The notes beneath the pieces were generated by a model that was not told the DNA's origin, searched no databases, and saw nothing but the letters and a program-made list of their open reading frames with translations. Positions 29,109 to 38,733 of a stretch of DNA of 64,000 nucleotides are shown one piece after another (positions within the stretch are counted from its first letter, which is position 1; each line of letters opens with the position of its first letter). The position numbers and the translations under genes were made by a program. Source of the DNA: Deltaproteobacteria bacterium (GTDB lineage: Bacteria; Desulfobacterota; Desulfobulbia; Desulfobulbales; SURF-16); assembly GCA_030667965.1 (NCBI GenBank), contig DAOUUW010000001.1, positions 2,014 through 66,013 on the forward strand, written 5' to 3'.

Positions 29109-29570
29109 TTACCGGGCAACTTTCAAATAAACAATCACCGCCCCGCTTTTACTCTTTTCGCCTTTTTCCCAAACATAGTCTTCAACCGGACCGGATGTTT
29201 TCATTGCCCTTACCACTTGCTCAACCACATCCGGCAGCACGGCCTTCCCTTCAGAATGCAAACCCTTGCCGGTAATAATCCTTACAGCTTCCAGACCCTT
29301 TCCCCGGGCTGTTACAAGAAAACTCTCCGCCCTGATTTCAGCTTCCGAGGCTGTGAAACCATGTAAATCCAGCTGCTCCTCAGGAGAAGGGAGCCTCTTT
29401 TCCCTGGCCGGGGGAGCAGGCTTGCTCTGCTGCAAAAAGAACAGACTTTCTTTATCAAAGAGACGAAAATCAAATACCTCGACAAAGGACTTCTCCTTGT
29501 CTTGTTCCTCCTCTGCAAAAGGAAAATCATCATCTGTCAACCGGGGCAGCCCCTCTTTTTTACGACTCAT
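29109..29570 (-). CDS. Smr domain protein
   Basis: 153 aa with a C-terminal Smr domain (LDLHGFTASEAE...IITGKGLHS). Confidence 0.8.
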   Translation of the reverse strand: MSRKKEGLPRLTDDDFPFAEEEQDKEKSFVEVFDFRLFDKESLFFLQQSKPAPPAREKRLPSPEEQLDLHGFTASEAEIRAESFLVTARGKGLEAVRIITGKGLHSEGKAVLPDVVEQVVRAMKTSGPVEDYVWEKGEKSKSGAVIVYLKVAR

Positions 29571-29822
29571 TTTCCTTTTCTACCCCGAACCACAGTTATA
29601 CAGAAAATTCGGCAGACTCAAACATGAATCATTACGCCCTTAAGAACTATACTGTCTTTTAAAACAGATTAACAAAAGAGCGACAATCAAAAAAGAAAGG
29701 ACATAGAGACAACGGGGCAAGGTTTTGCGGGAATTCCGGGGAAAAAAGAGAAGGGAAGCATGGAGCAAAAAGGGTATTTTTGTCGGCAAAACCAGACGAA
29801 AATACTCTGAAAACGAGTCTTC

Positions 29823-30122
29823 TTACAGCATTATCCTGTCAATCGGCCCCTGGTACACCACGGGTATAATACCTCTGCTGATAACGGATCTTTCCGCCGC
29901 TTTACAAATTCGCGTCATATACACTTTCTGGCAGTCCTGAATGATATCTGTAACCCAGTCATACATTTCACTGTCAAAAAAGTCGGCAAACATTGGCTCG
30001 GAAGCCCTTTCTCCCACAAGATGAAGGCCACTTTTCATTTTTTCATAAATCAAAAAACGTTCTGCACTTCCAAAACGGCCATCAACTTCTTTTTTATTGC
30101 TTGACACAACGGCTATACGCAT
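29823..30122 (-). CDS. NifB/NifX-family (dinitrogenase FeMo-cofactor-binding fold) small protein
   Basis: 99 aa. MRIAVVSSNKKEVDGRFGSAERFLIYE matches the usual N-terminal pattern of this family. Confidence 0.55.
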   Translation of the reverse strand: MRIAVVSSNKKEVDGRFGSAERFLIYEKMKSGLHLVGERASEPMFADFFDSEMYDWVTDIIQDCQKVYMTRICKAAERSVISRGIIPVVYQGPIDRIML

Positions 30123-30547
30123 CGTTATTCTCCAGCATAGAGGACTATCTCGGCAAGAAATCTCTTACCTTCTTTTTTTGACAAACAAAAAACCTTACGT
30201 CTCACCATGCTGTTCATACTTCAAGTTCCATACCAGCAATATCTTTCCTCTTTGTTTTGTCCACAACATTCCGTTTTCCCCGTTAAAAAAAAATTCGCCT
30301 ATATTAACGGCCAAAACAAATAGTTTAATTTTTTGTTCAAAGGTGTTGCATGATCCAATTTTTTGAACTCAAAAACAAAAATACCATCAACTTTTCACCT
30401 TGACCACGCCATGCTTTAATAATATGCTTCACACTCCCATTCCGCTTTTAACGTTGCCGGTTCATTTATATTCCGGCGACGCGATTCGCATCCGTCCAGT
30501 CACAACAGAACCATTTGTTTTTTTTAAAAAAATAGAGATAGTGAGAG

Positions 30548-30832
30548 GTGAAAAAATTGACAAGCCAGACAACCGCCCCGGAGGGCTACATCAAAAAAGA
30601 AACAATGTGGCTTGTCATGTTGGTAGCTCTTGCCTCTTTTAAAAAGGCTGTTTCGATTAATCCTGATCATCCCACTGCACGGTTTAACAGTGGAATTGTC
30701 CTGCTGTATGACATGAAAGACCGTGACGCTGCCATTCAGACCTGGAAGGAACTTGTGCAACTGCATCCGGACGCCAAAGCACCGAACGGGCAACTTGTTT
30801 CAGAAATCATTGACGAGGTCAAGGAGCCTTAG
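30548..30832 (+). CDS. Short TPR-like protein, possibly an internally deleted remnant
   Basis: GTG start, 94 aa. An N-terminal TM start (ETMWLVMLVALA) runs directly into a single C-terminal TPR-like unit (INPDHPTARFNSGIVLLYDMKDRDAAIQTWKELVQLHP). Confidence 0.35.
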   Translation: MKKLTSQTTAPEGYIKKETMWLVMLVALASFKKAVSINPDHPTARFNSGIVLLYDMKDRDAAIQTWKELVQLHPDAKAPNGQLVSEIIDEVKEP

Positions 30833-30967
30833 ATACACTGAGTCCGAGACTTCAAACGCCAATAATAGTTGCATGGATAACAACGATTTTTGAACCACAG
30901 AATATCTAAAGATATCGCAAAACACTCAGGCAAGCTGATCAGACATAAGCTTGACATAATCCGGGGA

Positions 30968-31756
30968 TCAAGAAGAAAGGATCAAAGCCAGAGCAATCCA
31001 CCCCAGGGCTTCGCCAAACTCACAACTTGCCCCAAGGACATCGCCCGTCACACCGCCAAAAACGTTATGGGCATGAAAACGCAAACAGACAGAGGGCAAG
31101 CAAGAGCAGACAAAAACTACCGCTATTTGAAAGAAACCGGTAGCAGCCCAGGGGAGGACTGCCAAAACAGGTAATAAAAAAAGAAACCCGGCAAAAAGCA
31201 TATGCGGTGTAACTTTGCCCACAAACGCATGGCCTGTGCCTATTTCTCTGGGGTAGCGGCTTCTCCAGGCCAGCGAGGCCATTGCCCAACGGGACGCAGC
31301 AGGAACAAAGGCCAGGACAAAGAATATGGAGAACAGCACGCTCCCCGGCATCCTACCGGCAATTTCCAGTATGGCGGCAAGAGCGGCGGTTTTTGCAAAA
31401 AGAGTGAGAACGAGAGCAACAACACCAAATGCCCCTGTGGCTGAATCCTTCATAATGGCCAGACGTTTTCCCCTGTCAAAGCTGCCGCCCAGTCCGTCCG
31501 CCAGATCTGCCACTCCGTCGAGATGTAGCCCCCGTGTCATCCATGCTTCAAAAGCAACCAGCAGCACGGCTGCCGGCAAAGGAGTCATGCCCAGTCCAGA
31601 CAGCAGCAAGGACAATGCTGCCATAAGCAAACCTATAAGCCAGCCGACCAGAGGGAAAAAAACAGCACTGCGGGTCACGACGACCGGGGAAACCATACCC
31701 ACCGACAACGGTATTCTCGTCAAAAACGTTATGGAAACAAAAAATGGCTGCAGCAT
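30968..31756 (-). CDS. cobS: Adenosylcobinamide-GDP ribazoletransferase CobS
   Basis: 262 aa polytopic protein. Has the FLTRIPL start motif and HLDGVADLADG. Confidence 0.9.
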   Translation of the reverse strand: MLQPFFVSITFLTRIPLSVGMVSPVVVTRSAVFFPLVGWLIGLLMAALSLLLSGLGMTPLPAAVLLVAFEAWMTRGLHLDGVADLADGLGGSFDRGKRLAIMKDSATGAFGVVALVLTLFAKTAALAAILEIAGRMPGSVLFSIFFVLAFVPAASRWAMASLAWRSRYPREIGTGHAFVGKVTPHMLFAGFLFLLPVLAVLPWAATGFFQIAVVFVCSCLPSVCLRFHAHNVFGGVTGDVLGASCEFGEALGWIALALILSS

Positions 31757-31761
31757 GAGGA

Positions 31762-32823
31762 CTATCCTGCACTGACTCCAGCCTCGTCAAATGTGGCCAT
31801 TTCATTCATAATTTTCACACCGGCATCAATAATACCCATGGCCAGGGCGGCGCCCGTGCCCTCCCCAAGCCTCATGCCAAGGTCAAGAAGCGGGGCTTGT
31901 CCAATTTTCTCAAAGAAAAGCCGATGTCCATGCTCTGCCGACATGTGACTGAAAAAACAGTAATCAGCCACCTCAGCCTTCATTTTAATGGCCGTCAGAG
32001 CTGCTGCACTGGAAATAAAGCCGTCCACCACCACCGGCACTCTGCTGCGGGCACATTCGAGGATCATACCGCAGATAGCTGCGATTTCGAGTCCGCCAAG
32101 ACAAGCCAGAATCTCCAACGGACTACCGCATTGTTTTTTATTAACCTCAATCCCTTTTTTTATGACAAAAATCTTATGATGCAGAGCTGCGTCATCAATA
32201 CCCGTTCCTCTCCCGGTAATTTCTTCCGGCTCCACCTCAAGTAACACGGCTAACATAGCGGCTGAGGGGGTGGTATTGGCAATTCCCATTTCTCCTGTGC
32301 CCAGCATGTTTGCTCCGTCCTCAATGGCCTCCCTGGCAGTTTGTACGCCGACCCCAATGGCAGCAAGGGCTTCATCCACCTTCATGGCAGGCCCCCGGGC
32401 CAGATTATCCGTTCCGGCCTTCACCTTTCGGCAGAGAAGACCCTCTCCGCTGACCTCACCAGCAACTCCCACATCAATAACACGGACCTCAGCCCCCACA
32501 TGGCGAGCCAGAACGTTTACTCCGGCTCCACCCCGAAGAAAATTGAAAACCATCTGCCGGGTAACCTCACTGGGAAAGCTGCTGACCCCCTCTGCGGCAA
32601 CGCCATGGTCAGCCGCAAAGGTAAGTATTTTTTTATTTTCTGTATCCGGCACCAGGGTCTGCTGTATGCCGCATACCCTTCGCGCCAGAGACTCAAGCTT
32701 GCCGAGACTGCCCTGAGGCTTTGTCAGATTATCAAGCCGTGTCTGGGCCTGCTCCATAATCATTTCGTCCAACAGCCTGATTTGCCCCAGCAGTATATTA
32801 AAATCTTCCTGTGTAAATATCAT
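31762..32823 (-). CDS. cobT: Nicotinate-nucleotide--dimethylbenzimidazole phosphoribosyltransferase CobT
   Basis: 353 aa with LTKPQGSLGKLE and GEMGIANTT motifs. Confidence 0.92.
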   Translation of the reverse strand: MIFTQEDFNILLGQIRLLDEMIMEQAQTRLDNLTKPQGSLGKLESLARRVCGIQQTLVPDTENKKILTFAADHGVAAEGVSSFPSEVTRQMVFNFLRGGAGVNVLARHVGAEVRVIDVGVAGEVSGEGLLCRKVKAGTDNLARGPAMKVDEALAAIGVGVQTAREAIEDGANMLGTGEMGIANTTPSAAMLAVLLEVEPEEITGRGTGIDDAALHHKIFVIKKGIEVNKKQCGSPLEILACLGGLEIAAICGMILECARSRVPVVVDGFISSAAALTAIKMKAEVADYCFFSHMSAEHGHRLFFEKIGQAPLLDLGMRLGEGTGAALAMGIIDAGVKIMNEMATFDEAGVSAG

Positions 32824-33632
32824 TGTTCCTCGTTCCTGTTATTTTTTTCTTCATAATGCCAATTTGCCGACACATGTTGCAATGATACGTACAAATCCTT
32901 TTCATTATAGACTTCAATGGTCACCACACCGCCATAACCGCAGCGTGTCATAGTTTCAGCCAGATTTACAGTCAGGTCAGACTGGGCAGCAGGCAGGGCC
33001 TGATGGTCTTTGCCTCCGACAACGCCATGATAATGGATATGTAAAGCCCGGGGAATATCCTCAAAAAGCTGTTGCATGTCATGATCAAAAAAAAGGCCAT
33101 GACCAATATCGACACAGAGCTGAAAGCCGTTTTCCAGGGCCAGGGTACGCACCGGCCCAAATGGATATTCAATGTTTTCAATGGCCAGGCGGCTGCCGTC
33201 ACTGCCTGCCGTTCTTTTCAGCAGAACAAGAAAAGAATCAAGGTTCTCCATCCATAGGGAAACGGGCATATCCTCCCGTGGGAGATGAAGATCAAAACAG
33301 AGGGGCTGCAATGGGGCAAGCTCTTCCATTAAACGGACGATTTCATGCACATCGTCCTGACGTACAGCAGCAGAATGGCTTCCCGGACGAATATCAAGGG
33401 GAAGATGGACGGTATAACTCACATCGTGTTCTTGAGCCACTGATCGCAACAACTCCATATCCAGCCGCTGGGGCATGGGACTTTTTGAGGGAGATTCAAA
33501 AAAAAGAAGCTGTATATCATCAACCTTATCCGCCAGGAAACGAACATTTTCCTCCACCCCTGCCGGCAAGACAAACGATGTAGCACCAAGGCGCCATGGA
33601 TAGCGGCGCTTGAGAGTCTCCATCACTCGCAT
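32820..33632 (-). CDS. Xylose-isomerase-like TIM-barrel protein, candidate CbiR-type cobamide-remodelling phosphodiesterase
   Basis: 270 aa with a sugar-phosphate isomerase/AP-endonuclease-2-like pattern. Its stop overlaps the cobT start. The alternative start at ATG 33623 overlaps the upstream stop (TGATG). The CbiR call rests on context and memory of that family. Confidence 0.5.
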   Translation of the reverse strand: MRVMETLKRRYPWRLGATSFVLPAGVEENVRFLADKVDDIQLLFFESPSKSPMPQRLDMELLRSVAQEHDVSYTVHLPLDIRPGSHSAAVRQDDVHEIVRLMEELAPLQPLCFDLHLPREDMPVSLWMENLDSFLVLLKRTAGSDGSRLAIENIEYPFGPVRTLALENGFQLCVDIGHGLFFDHDMQQLFEDIPRALHIHYHGVVGGKDHQALPAAQSDLTVNLAETMTRCGYGGVVTIEVYNEKDLYVSLQHVSANWHYEEKNNRNEEQ

Positions 33633-34438
33633 CCCGAAAGACAGACAAGCTCTCCTGCCTTATCTTGCCAGGCCAGTGACAGAACGGGAACTCCCTCCTT
33701 GCCGAAAGAAAGAAACGATGCCACCGTATCATAGGCCAGGGCAGGATCATTATTCTTCTCACTGATATGGGCAAGAACCACATGCTGCATGTCCCTATGG
33801 TAAAGTTCCCGGATCAAGCGGGCGGCGTCCTCATTGGCCAGATGGCCATGCCTTGAGCGAACGCGTTGTTGCAGTGGGAGGGGATACGGTCCGTTTTTTA
33901 ACATTTCCGGATCATGATTACATTCAATGATCAAACCGTTGCATCCGGCCAGATGATACTGTATAAGGCGCGACAGCATCCCTGTATCGGTACAGTATCC
34001 CAACCGACAGCTTCCGCTTTGGATGACAAAGCCGACCGGATCAGCGGTATCATGGGAAACGGCAAAGGGATGTATATGGAAATTATGCAGGGTAAAAGAA
34101 GAACCGGTATGAAAATGGCGCAAAAGAGGAACCTTGCCTAAAATCTTTTCGGCAGCTGAAAAAGTTCCCTGGTTTGCATATAATGCAATATTATATTTAC
34201 GGGCCAGAATTGCCGCGCCCCGGACATGGTCACCATGTTCATGGGTGACAAGGATGGCGCTGAGTCGATCAAGGGACAGGCCGACGGAAGCTGCTCGTCT
34301 CTCAACTTCTACTGCGGAAAAACCATTGTCAATAAGAAAGGCTTTTCCCTGCGCCTCCACATAGGTGGCATTTCCCCTGCTACCACTGCCCAAAACACAA
34401 AAACGCATATCTCCCGGCTCAGAAAGGGAACGATTCAT
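33623..34438 (-). CDS. MBL-fold metallo-hydrolase
   Basis: 271 aa with FCVLGSGSRGNA and the metal motif THEHGDHVRG. Confidence 0.85.
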   Translation of the reverse strand: MNRSLSEPGDMRFCVLGSGSRGNATYVEAQGKAFLIDNGFSAVEVERRAASVGLSLDRLSAILVTHEHGDHVRGAAILARKYNIALYANQGTFSAAEKILGKVPLLRHFHTGSSFTLHNFHIHPFAVSHDTADPVGFVIQSGSCRLGYCTDTGMLSRLIQYHLAGCNGLIIECNHDPEMLKNGPYPLPLQQRVRSRHGHLANEDAARLIRELYHRDMQHVVLAHISEKNNDPALAYDTVASFLSFGKEGVPVLSLAWQDKAGELVCLSGCE

Positions 34439-34905
34439 ACTTTAATTGAACTGACACCGGTATGGCCAAAACCGCCTTCCTGACGAGTTGTCTCATCAAG
34501 AGCATCAACTTCCGAAATGATAGCCCGACTAACAGGAGCCAATACAAGCTGGGCAATTCGGTCACCGCGATGAATGGTAAAGGCTACGCTTGCCAGATTT
34601 ACAAGGCCTATTTGCACTTCACCCCGGTAATCGGCATCAATGGTTCCGGGACTGTTGACAACGGTAATACCGTGCTTAACGGCAAGCCCACTGCGCGGCC
34701 TCACCTGCAATTCAAACCCAGGTGTCACGGCCACGGCAAAACCACTTGGCACCATGCATATTTGTCCCGGATCGAGAGTGAGTGGAGCATCAATGGCTGC
34801 GGAGACATCCATACCAGCGGCAAGATCTGATTGATAGGATGGCAACGGCAGGTCACTGCTTTGTAGAGGGTCAAGCCAGCGTAATAAAAGCGGCATCTCT
34901 TGCAT
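34435..34905 (-). CDS. dut: dUTP diphosphatase
   Basis: 156 aa with PRSGLAVKHG, GTIDADYRGE and GGFGHTG motifs. Confidence 0.93.
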   Translation of the reverse strand: MQEMPLLLRWLDPLQSSDLPLPSYQSDLAAGMDVSAAIDAPLTLDPGQICMVPSGFAVAVTPGFELQVRPRSGLAVKHGITVVNSPGTIDADYRGEVQIGLVNLASVAFTIHRGDRIAQLVLAPVSRAIISEVDALDETTRQEGGFGHTGVSSIKV

Positions 34906-34932
34906 GAAATTTTGAACTCTCGTTTATAATTT

Positions 34933-35024
34933 TGTGATTACGAATCATATCGGCAGGGATTGCAAAATTTTTCCCATGCGTTTCAAAAAAATATCACATT
35001 ACATGAAACACGATGGTAATCACA
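34933..35024. mobile_element. Degenerate copy of the TGTGATTACC-ended inverted-repeat element
   Basis: TGTGATTAC (34933-34941) pairs with GTAATCACA (35016-35024). The 18-mer CGATGGTAATCACATAAA (35011-35028) is identical to 46785-46802. Confidence 0.5.
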
Positions 35025-35077
35025 TAAATTTTTGAAAAGCCTGCTGGAAGAAGGCTCTACGGGACACTTGGATCTTT

Positions 35078-36337
35078 TTATGCCGGTAAATCCCAAGCGA
35101 CATCTGCATCAACCACCGGTCCAAGCACCGCAGCAGTCAGACCCCGGCCAAAGAGGCGGACGGCAAGCTCGTTCACCTCATCCGCGGTGACCCTTTCAAG
35201 CCCGTCAAGCACCTCGTCAAAGGAAATATGACGACCGAAATAAAGCTCATTTCTGGCAGCCCTGACCATTCTCGATTCAAGATTTTCCGCCGCCAGAAAA
35301 AGTCCGGATCTACCATAATCCCTGGCCCCATCAAGCTCTGAAGGATAAACGGGAACCCGACACAAAGTTTCAATTTCAGTCCGTACTACAGACAATGATT
35401 CATTGAGGTTTGCCGGATTAACTCCCAGATAAATACCCAGATAGCCGCTGTCGGCAAAGGAATCAAGATAGGAATGAACCGAATAGGCAAGTCCGCGTTT
35501 TTCCCGTACTTCCTGGAAAAGCCGTGAGCTCATATTGCCTCCCAGAAGAACATTGAGCAGCATAAGCTTATAACGGTCCCCGGACGTTACCGGCAGCCCG
35601 TACGTTCCAAGAGTTACATGAACCTGCTCCAAAGGCTTTGCAAAAACCTTTTGCACAGGATTGAGCTCCTGCGGTTTCTGCCTGAGCGTGCCGGAATCCG
35701 GCACTGCGGGAAGGGAGGAAAAAGCATTGTTCAGCAGATCAACAAATTGCCGGTGCTCCACATTGCCTGCAGCTGCAAGGACAATACGGTCAGCGGTATA
35801 GAATCTGCTCACATGGTCCAAAAGTTTCTTGCAGTCCATATGCGAAACAACTTCAGCGGAACCAAGGACCGTTTTACCCAAGGGATGGTGTCCCCAGAGC
35901 ATCCCTTCAAAAAGCTCATAAACCATCTCTTCCGGGGTATCTTCCACCATGCTGATTTCCTGCAGAATGACCTGCCGTTCCCTGTCAACCTCCTGCGGGG
36001 CAAAGAGGGAATGAAAAAAGAAATCTGTAAACAACTCCAGAAGTTGCGGCAATCGGTTGTCAAGGACAGTGGCGTAAAAACAAGTAGCATCCTTACTGGT
36101 AAAAGCATTTGCCGTGCCGCCGAGAACATCAAGTTCCCTGGCGATCTGGGCGGCGGAACGCCTTGCCGTGCCTTTGAAAAGCATATGTTCGACAAAATGG
36201 GAGCAACCGTTCGTCAAATCATGTTCATCACGAGCTCCAACATCGACCCATATGCCGAAACTGACTGTCCTGGCGTGGGGAATATATTCAGAGACAAGGC
36301 GCAGACCGTTATCAAAAACAGTTTTTTGGTGCATCAT
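35078..36337 (-). CDS. M16 family (pitrilysin-like) zinc peptidase
   Basis: 419 aa with the inverted zinc motif HFVEHMLFKGT. Confidence 0.88.
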   Translation of the reverse strand: MMHQKTVFDNGLRLVSEYIPHARTVSFGIWVDVGARDEHDLTNGCSHFVEHMLFKGTARRSAAQIARELDVLGGTANAFTSKDATCFYATVLDNRLPQLLELFTDFFFHSLFAPQEVDRERQVILQEISMVEDTPEEMVYELFEGMLWGHHPLGKTVLGSAEVVSHMDCKKLLDHVSRFYTADRIVLAAAGNVEHRQFVDLLNNAFSSLPAVPDSGTLRQKPQELNPVQKVFAKPLEQVHVTLGTYGLPVTSGDRYKLMLLNVLLGGNMSSRLFQEVREKRGLAYSVHSYLDSFADSGYLGIYLGVNPANLNESLSVVRTEIETLCRVPVYPSELDGARDYGRSGLFLAAENLESRMVRAARNELYFGRHISFDEVLDGLERVTADEVNELAVRLFGRGLTAAVLGPVVDADVAWDLPA

Positions 36338-36411
36338 TTTTTATTTCTCATTACAGATTTCGTATTTTTACTTTCAAAATACGAAATCTGTATTAGAAAA
36401 TCCGCAATCAA

Positions 36412-38505
36412 TTATCCTTCCAGCTCCGCCATGGCAGCCTTACGACTCAAACGGATCTTACCTCGCTGATCAACAGCCAGCACCTTAACCATGACTTCAT
36501 CACCCTCCTTGAGAACATCCGAAACCTTCTCAACTCTTTTGTCTTGAAGTTCGGAGATATGGACAAGACCGTCGGTTCCCGGCAGGATCTCGACAAAGGC
36601 GCCAAAATCAACGATCTTCTGCACCTTGCCCTTGTATATTTTACCCACCTCGGCCTCTGCGGTAATTTCCATTACCCGATCATAGGCCTTCTGACCGGCA
36701 ATTCCGTCCGGGGCAAAGATCTTCACTTTGCCGGAATCTTCCACATCAATCTTGACATCGTATTCAGCAGTGAGAGACTTGATCATCTTGCCGCCCGGGC
36801 CAATGAGGTCACGGATCTTGTCCGGATTAATCTCCATACTGACAACCTTCGGCGCATGATCGGGCAATTCGGCACGTGGCGTATCAAGGGCTTCGGCCAT
36901 CTTCCCGAGAATATGCAGCCGTCCTGCCTTTGCCTGGTCCAGAGCCTGGGTCATAATCTCTTTAGAGATTCCTTCGATCTTTATATCCATCTGCAGAGCG
37001 GTAATACCGTCCGCCGTACCGCACACCTTGAAATCCATATCACCAAGATGATCTTCGTCACCAAGAATGTCTGACAGAACAACAAGTTTGTCACCATCCT
37101 TGATCAACCCCATGGCAATGCCGGATACCGGCTGCTTAATCGGAACGCCGGCATCCATCAGGGCCAGGCAGCCGCCGCAAACGCTGGCCATGGATGACGA
37201 ACCGTTTGACTCCAACACATCTGAAACAATACGAATGGTATAGGGGAACTGCTCCCCGTCCGGCAAAACAGCTTCAATTGCCCTGGTAGCCAAGGCGCCA
37301 TGGCCGATATCTCTACGGCTCGGACCACGCATGAAGCGAACTTCGCCAACACAGAATGGAGGGAAATTATAATGCAGCATAAAACGCCTGTTTTCCATGC
37401 CCTCAAGGGTTTCGACACGTTGCTCATCGTCTCCGCTGCCCAATGTTGCAGTAACTATGGCCTGGGTTTCTCCGCGGGTAAACAGGGCTGAACCGTGAAC
37501 CCTGGGCAAGGTGGCAATTTCACTGGTAATAGGACGAATATCATCAAAACTTCTGCCGTCAATACGTTTTTTCTCATCAACGATCATACTGCGCATCATT
37601 GTTTTCTTCAGATCATACAGAAGCCCTTTCGCCTCACCCTGTCTGGCAAGACCATCTTCTTTCTCAAGCTCTGCCAGCATTTCATTCTGCAATGCATGGA
37701 AAACATCGGATCGTTCCATCTTGTCAGCTGTTGTAATAACCTTCTGCATGCCGGAACCGGCAATATCAGCAACCTGTTTTTTCAGAACCTCATCAATCAC
37801 GGGTGGGCTAACCTGCATCTTCTCCCGTCCCACTTCCTGACGTAATTCATCCTGCAAGTCAAGCAGGGGCTGCAGTCCTTCATGGCCGAAATATATACCG
37901 GCAAGAACCTCTTCCTCGGTCAGATTATCGGCGCCGCCCTCAACCATGACAACAGCATTTCGCGTTCCGGCAACAACCAGTTCCATTCTCGAATTCACTA
38001 ACTGATCCCTGGTGGGGTTGAGGACGTATTCACCATCGATGTAACCTACCCGCACTCCGGCAATGGGTCCGAGAAACGGGATATCGGAAATCGTTAATGC
38101 GGCAGATGCGCCTATCATTGCCAACACATCAGAATTATTTTGTTTATCCGCAGAAAGAACGGTGGCGATAATCTGTGTCTCATTGGTGAACCCATCAGCA
38201 AATAATGGCCGCAGCGGTCGGTCAATAATACGGCAGGTCAATGTCTCCTTTTCAGTCGGCCTGCCAATTTCACGACGGAAATAGCTGCCGGGAATACGGC
38301 CCACTGCATAAAAACGCTCCTGATATTCCACCGTTAACGGGAAAAAATCGATATCAGGCCGTCCTTCCTTTGCAGTGGTTGCCGTTACCAGCACCACGGT
38401 TTCTCCGTATGTGACAACAACGGCACCATTTGCCTGTTTGGCCATTTTACCGGTTTCAACGGTAAGGGTTCGACCACCAATTTCTACTTGTGTTTTTTTA
38501 TACAT
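36412..38505 (-). CDS. pnp: Polyribonucleotide nucleotidyltransferase (PNPase)
   Basis: Start trimmed to MYKKTQVEIGGRTL (ATG 38505). Has two RNase PH domains plus KH and S1 domains at the C-terminus. Confidence 0.96.
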   Translation of the reverse strand: MYKKTQVEIGGRTLTVETGKMAKQANGAVVVTYGETVVLVTATTAKEGRPDIDFFPLTVEYQERFYAVGRIPGSYFRREIGRPTEKETLTCRIIDRPLRPLFADGFTNETQIIATVLSADKQNNSDVLAMIGASAALTISDIPFLGPIAGVRVGYIDGEYVLNPTRDQLVNSRMELVVAGTRNAVVMVEGGADNLTEEEVLAGIYFGHEGLQPLLDLQDELRQEVGREKMQVSPPVIDEVLKKQVADIAGSGMQKVITTADKMERSDVFHALQNEMLAELEKEDGLARQGEAKGLLYDLKKTMMRSMIVDEKKRIDGRSFDDIRPITSEIATLPRVHGSALFTRGETQAIVTATLGSGDDEQRVETLEGMENRRFMLHYNFPPFCVGEVRFMRGPSRRDIGHGALATRAIEAVLPDGEQFPYTIRIVSDVLESNGSSSMASVCGGCLALMDAGVPIKQPVSGIAMGLIKDGDKLVVLSDILGDEDHLGDMDFKVCGTADGITALQMDIKIEGISKEIMTQALDQAKAGRLHILGKMAEALDTPRAELPDHAPKVVSMEINPDKIRDLIGPGGKMIKSLTAEYDVKIDVEDSGKVKIFAPDGIAGQKAYDRVMEITAEAEVGKIYKGKVQKIVDFGAFVEILPGTDGLVHISELQDKRVEKVSDVLKEGDEVMVKVLAVDQRGKIRLSRKAAMAELEG

Positions 38506-38554
38506 ACATTCACCTTGCGGATTACGAACTACGACGGAAAGCTTAAGAAAAACT

Positions 38555-38587
38555 GCAAAGCAAAAAGCAAAAAGCAAAAAGCAGAAA
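38555..38587. repeat. Tandem heptamer GCAAAAA (about 4.5 units)
   Basis: GCAAA GCAAAAA GCAAAAA GCAAAAA GCAGAAA, counted directly. It lies in the pnp leader. Confidence 0.9.
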
Positions 38588-38607
38588 TAATAGCATTTCT
38601 TTCTAAC

Positions 38608-38640
38608 TTTTAATTTTTAATTTTTGAATTTTGAATTTTT
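38608..38640. repeat. Tandem heptamers TTTTAAT x2 and TTTTGAA x2
   Basis: Counted directly. T-tracts are phased every 7 bp. Confidence 0.9.
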
Positions 38641-38733
38641 CCCAACCGTTCCTTTAAAGCCCTCAGTCCTAATTCGTAACCCGACATAAAAATAATAAAA
38701 GTCCAGTGGCTCTTTCGAGCCCTGGACCAATCC

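Noticed and set aside
34906-35077. Cobalamin riboswitch upstream of the dut-...-cobT-cobS run
   Set aside because: The spacer is only 172 bp and is mostly occupied by the inverted-repeat element. I could not find a B12-box-like sequence.
38506-38577. N-terminal extension of the PNPase ORF (MLFAFCFAVFLKLSVVV...)
   Set aside because: The extension is the translation of the GCAAAAA heptamer repeat. The conserved PNPase N-terminus begins at ATG 38505.
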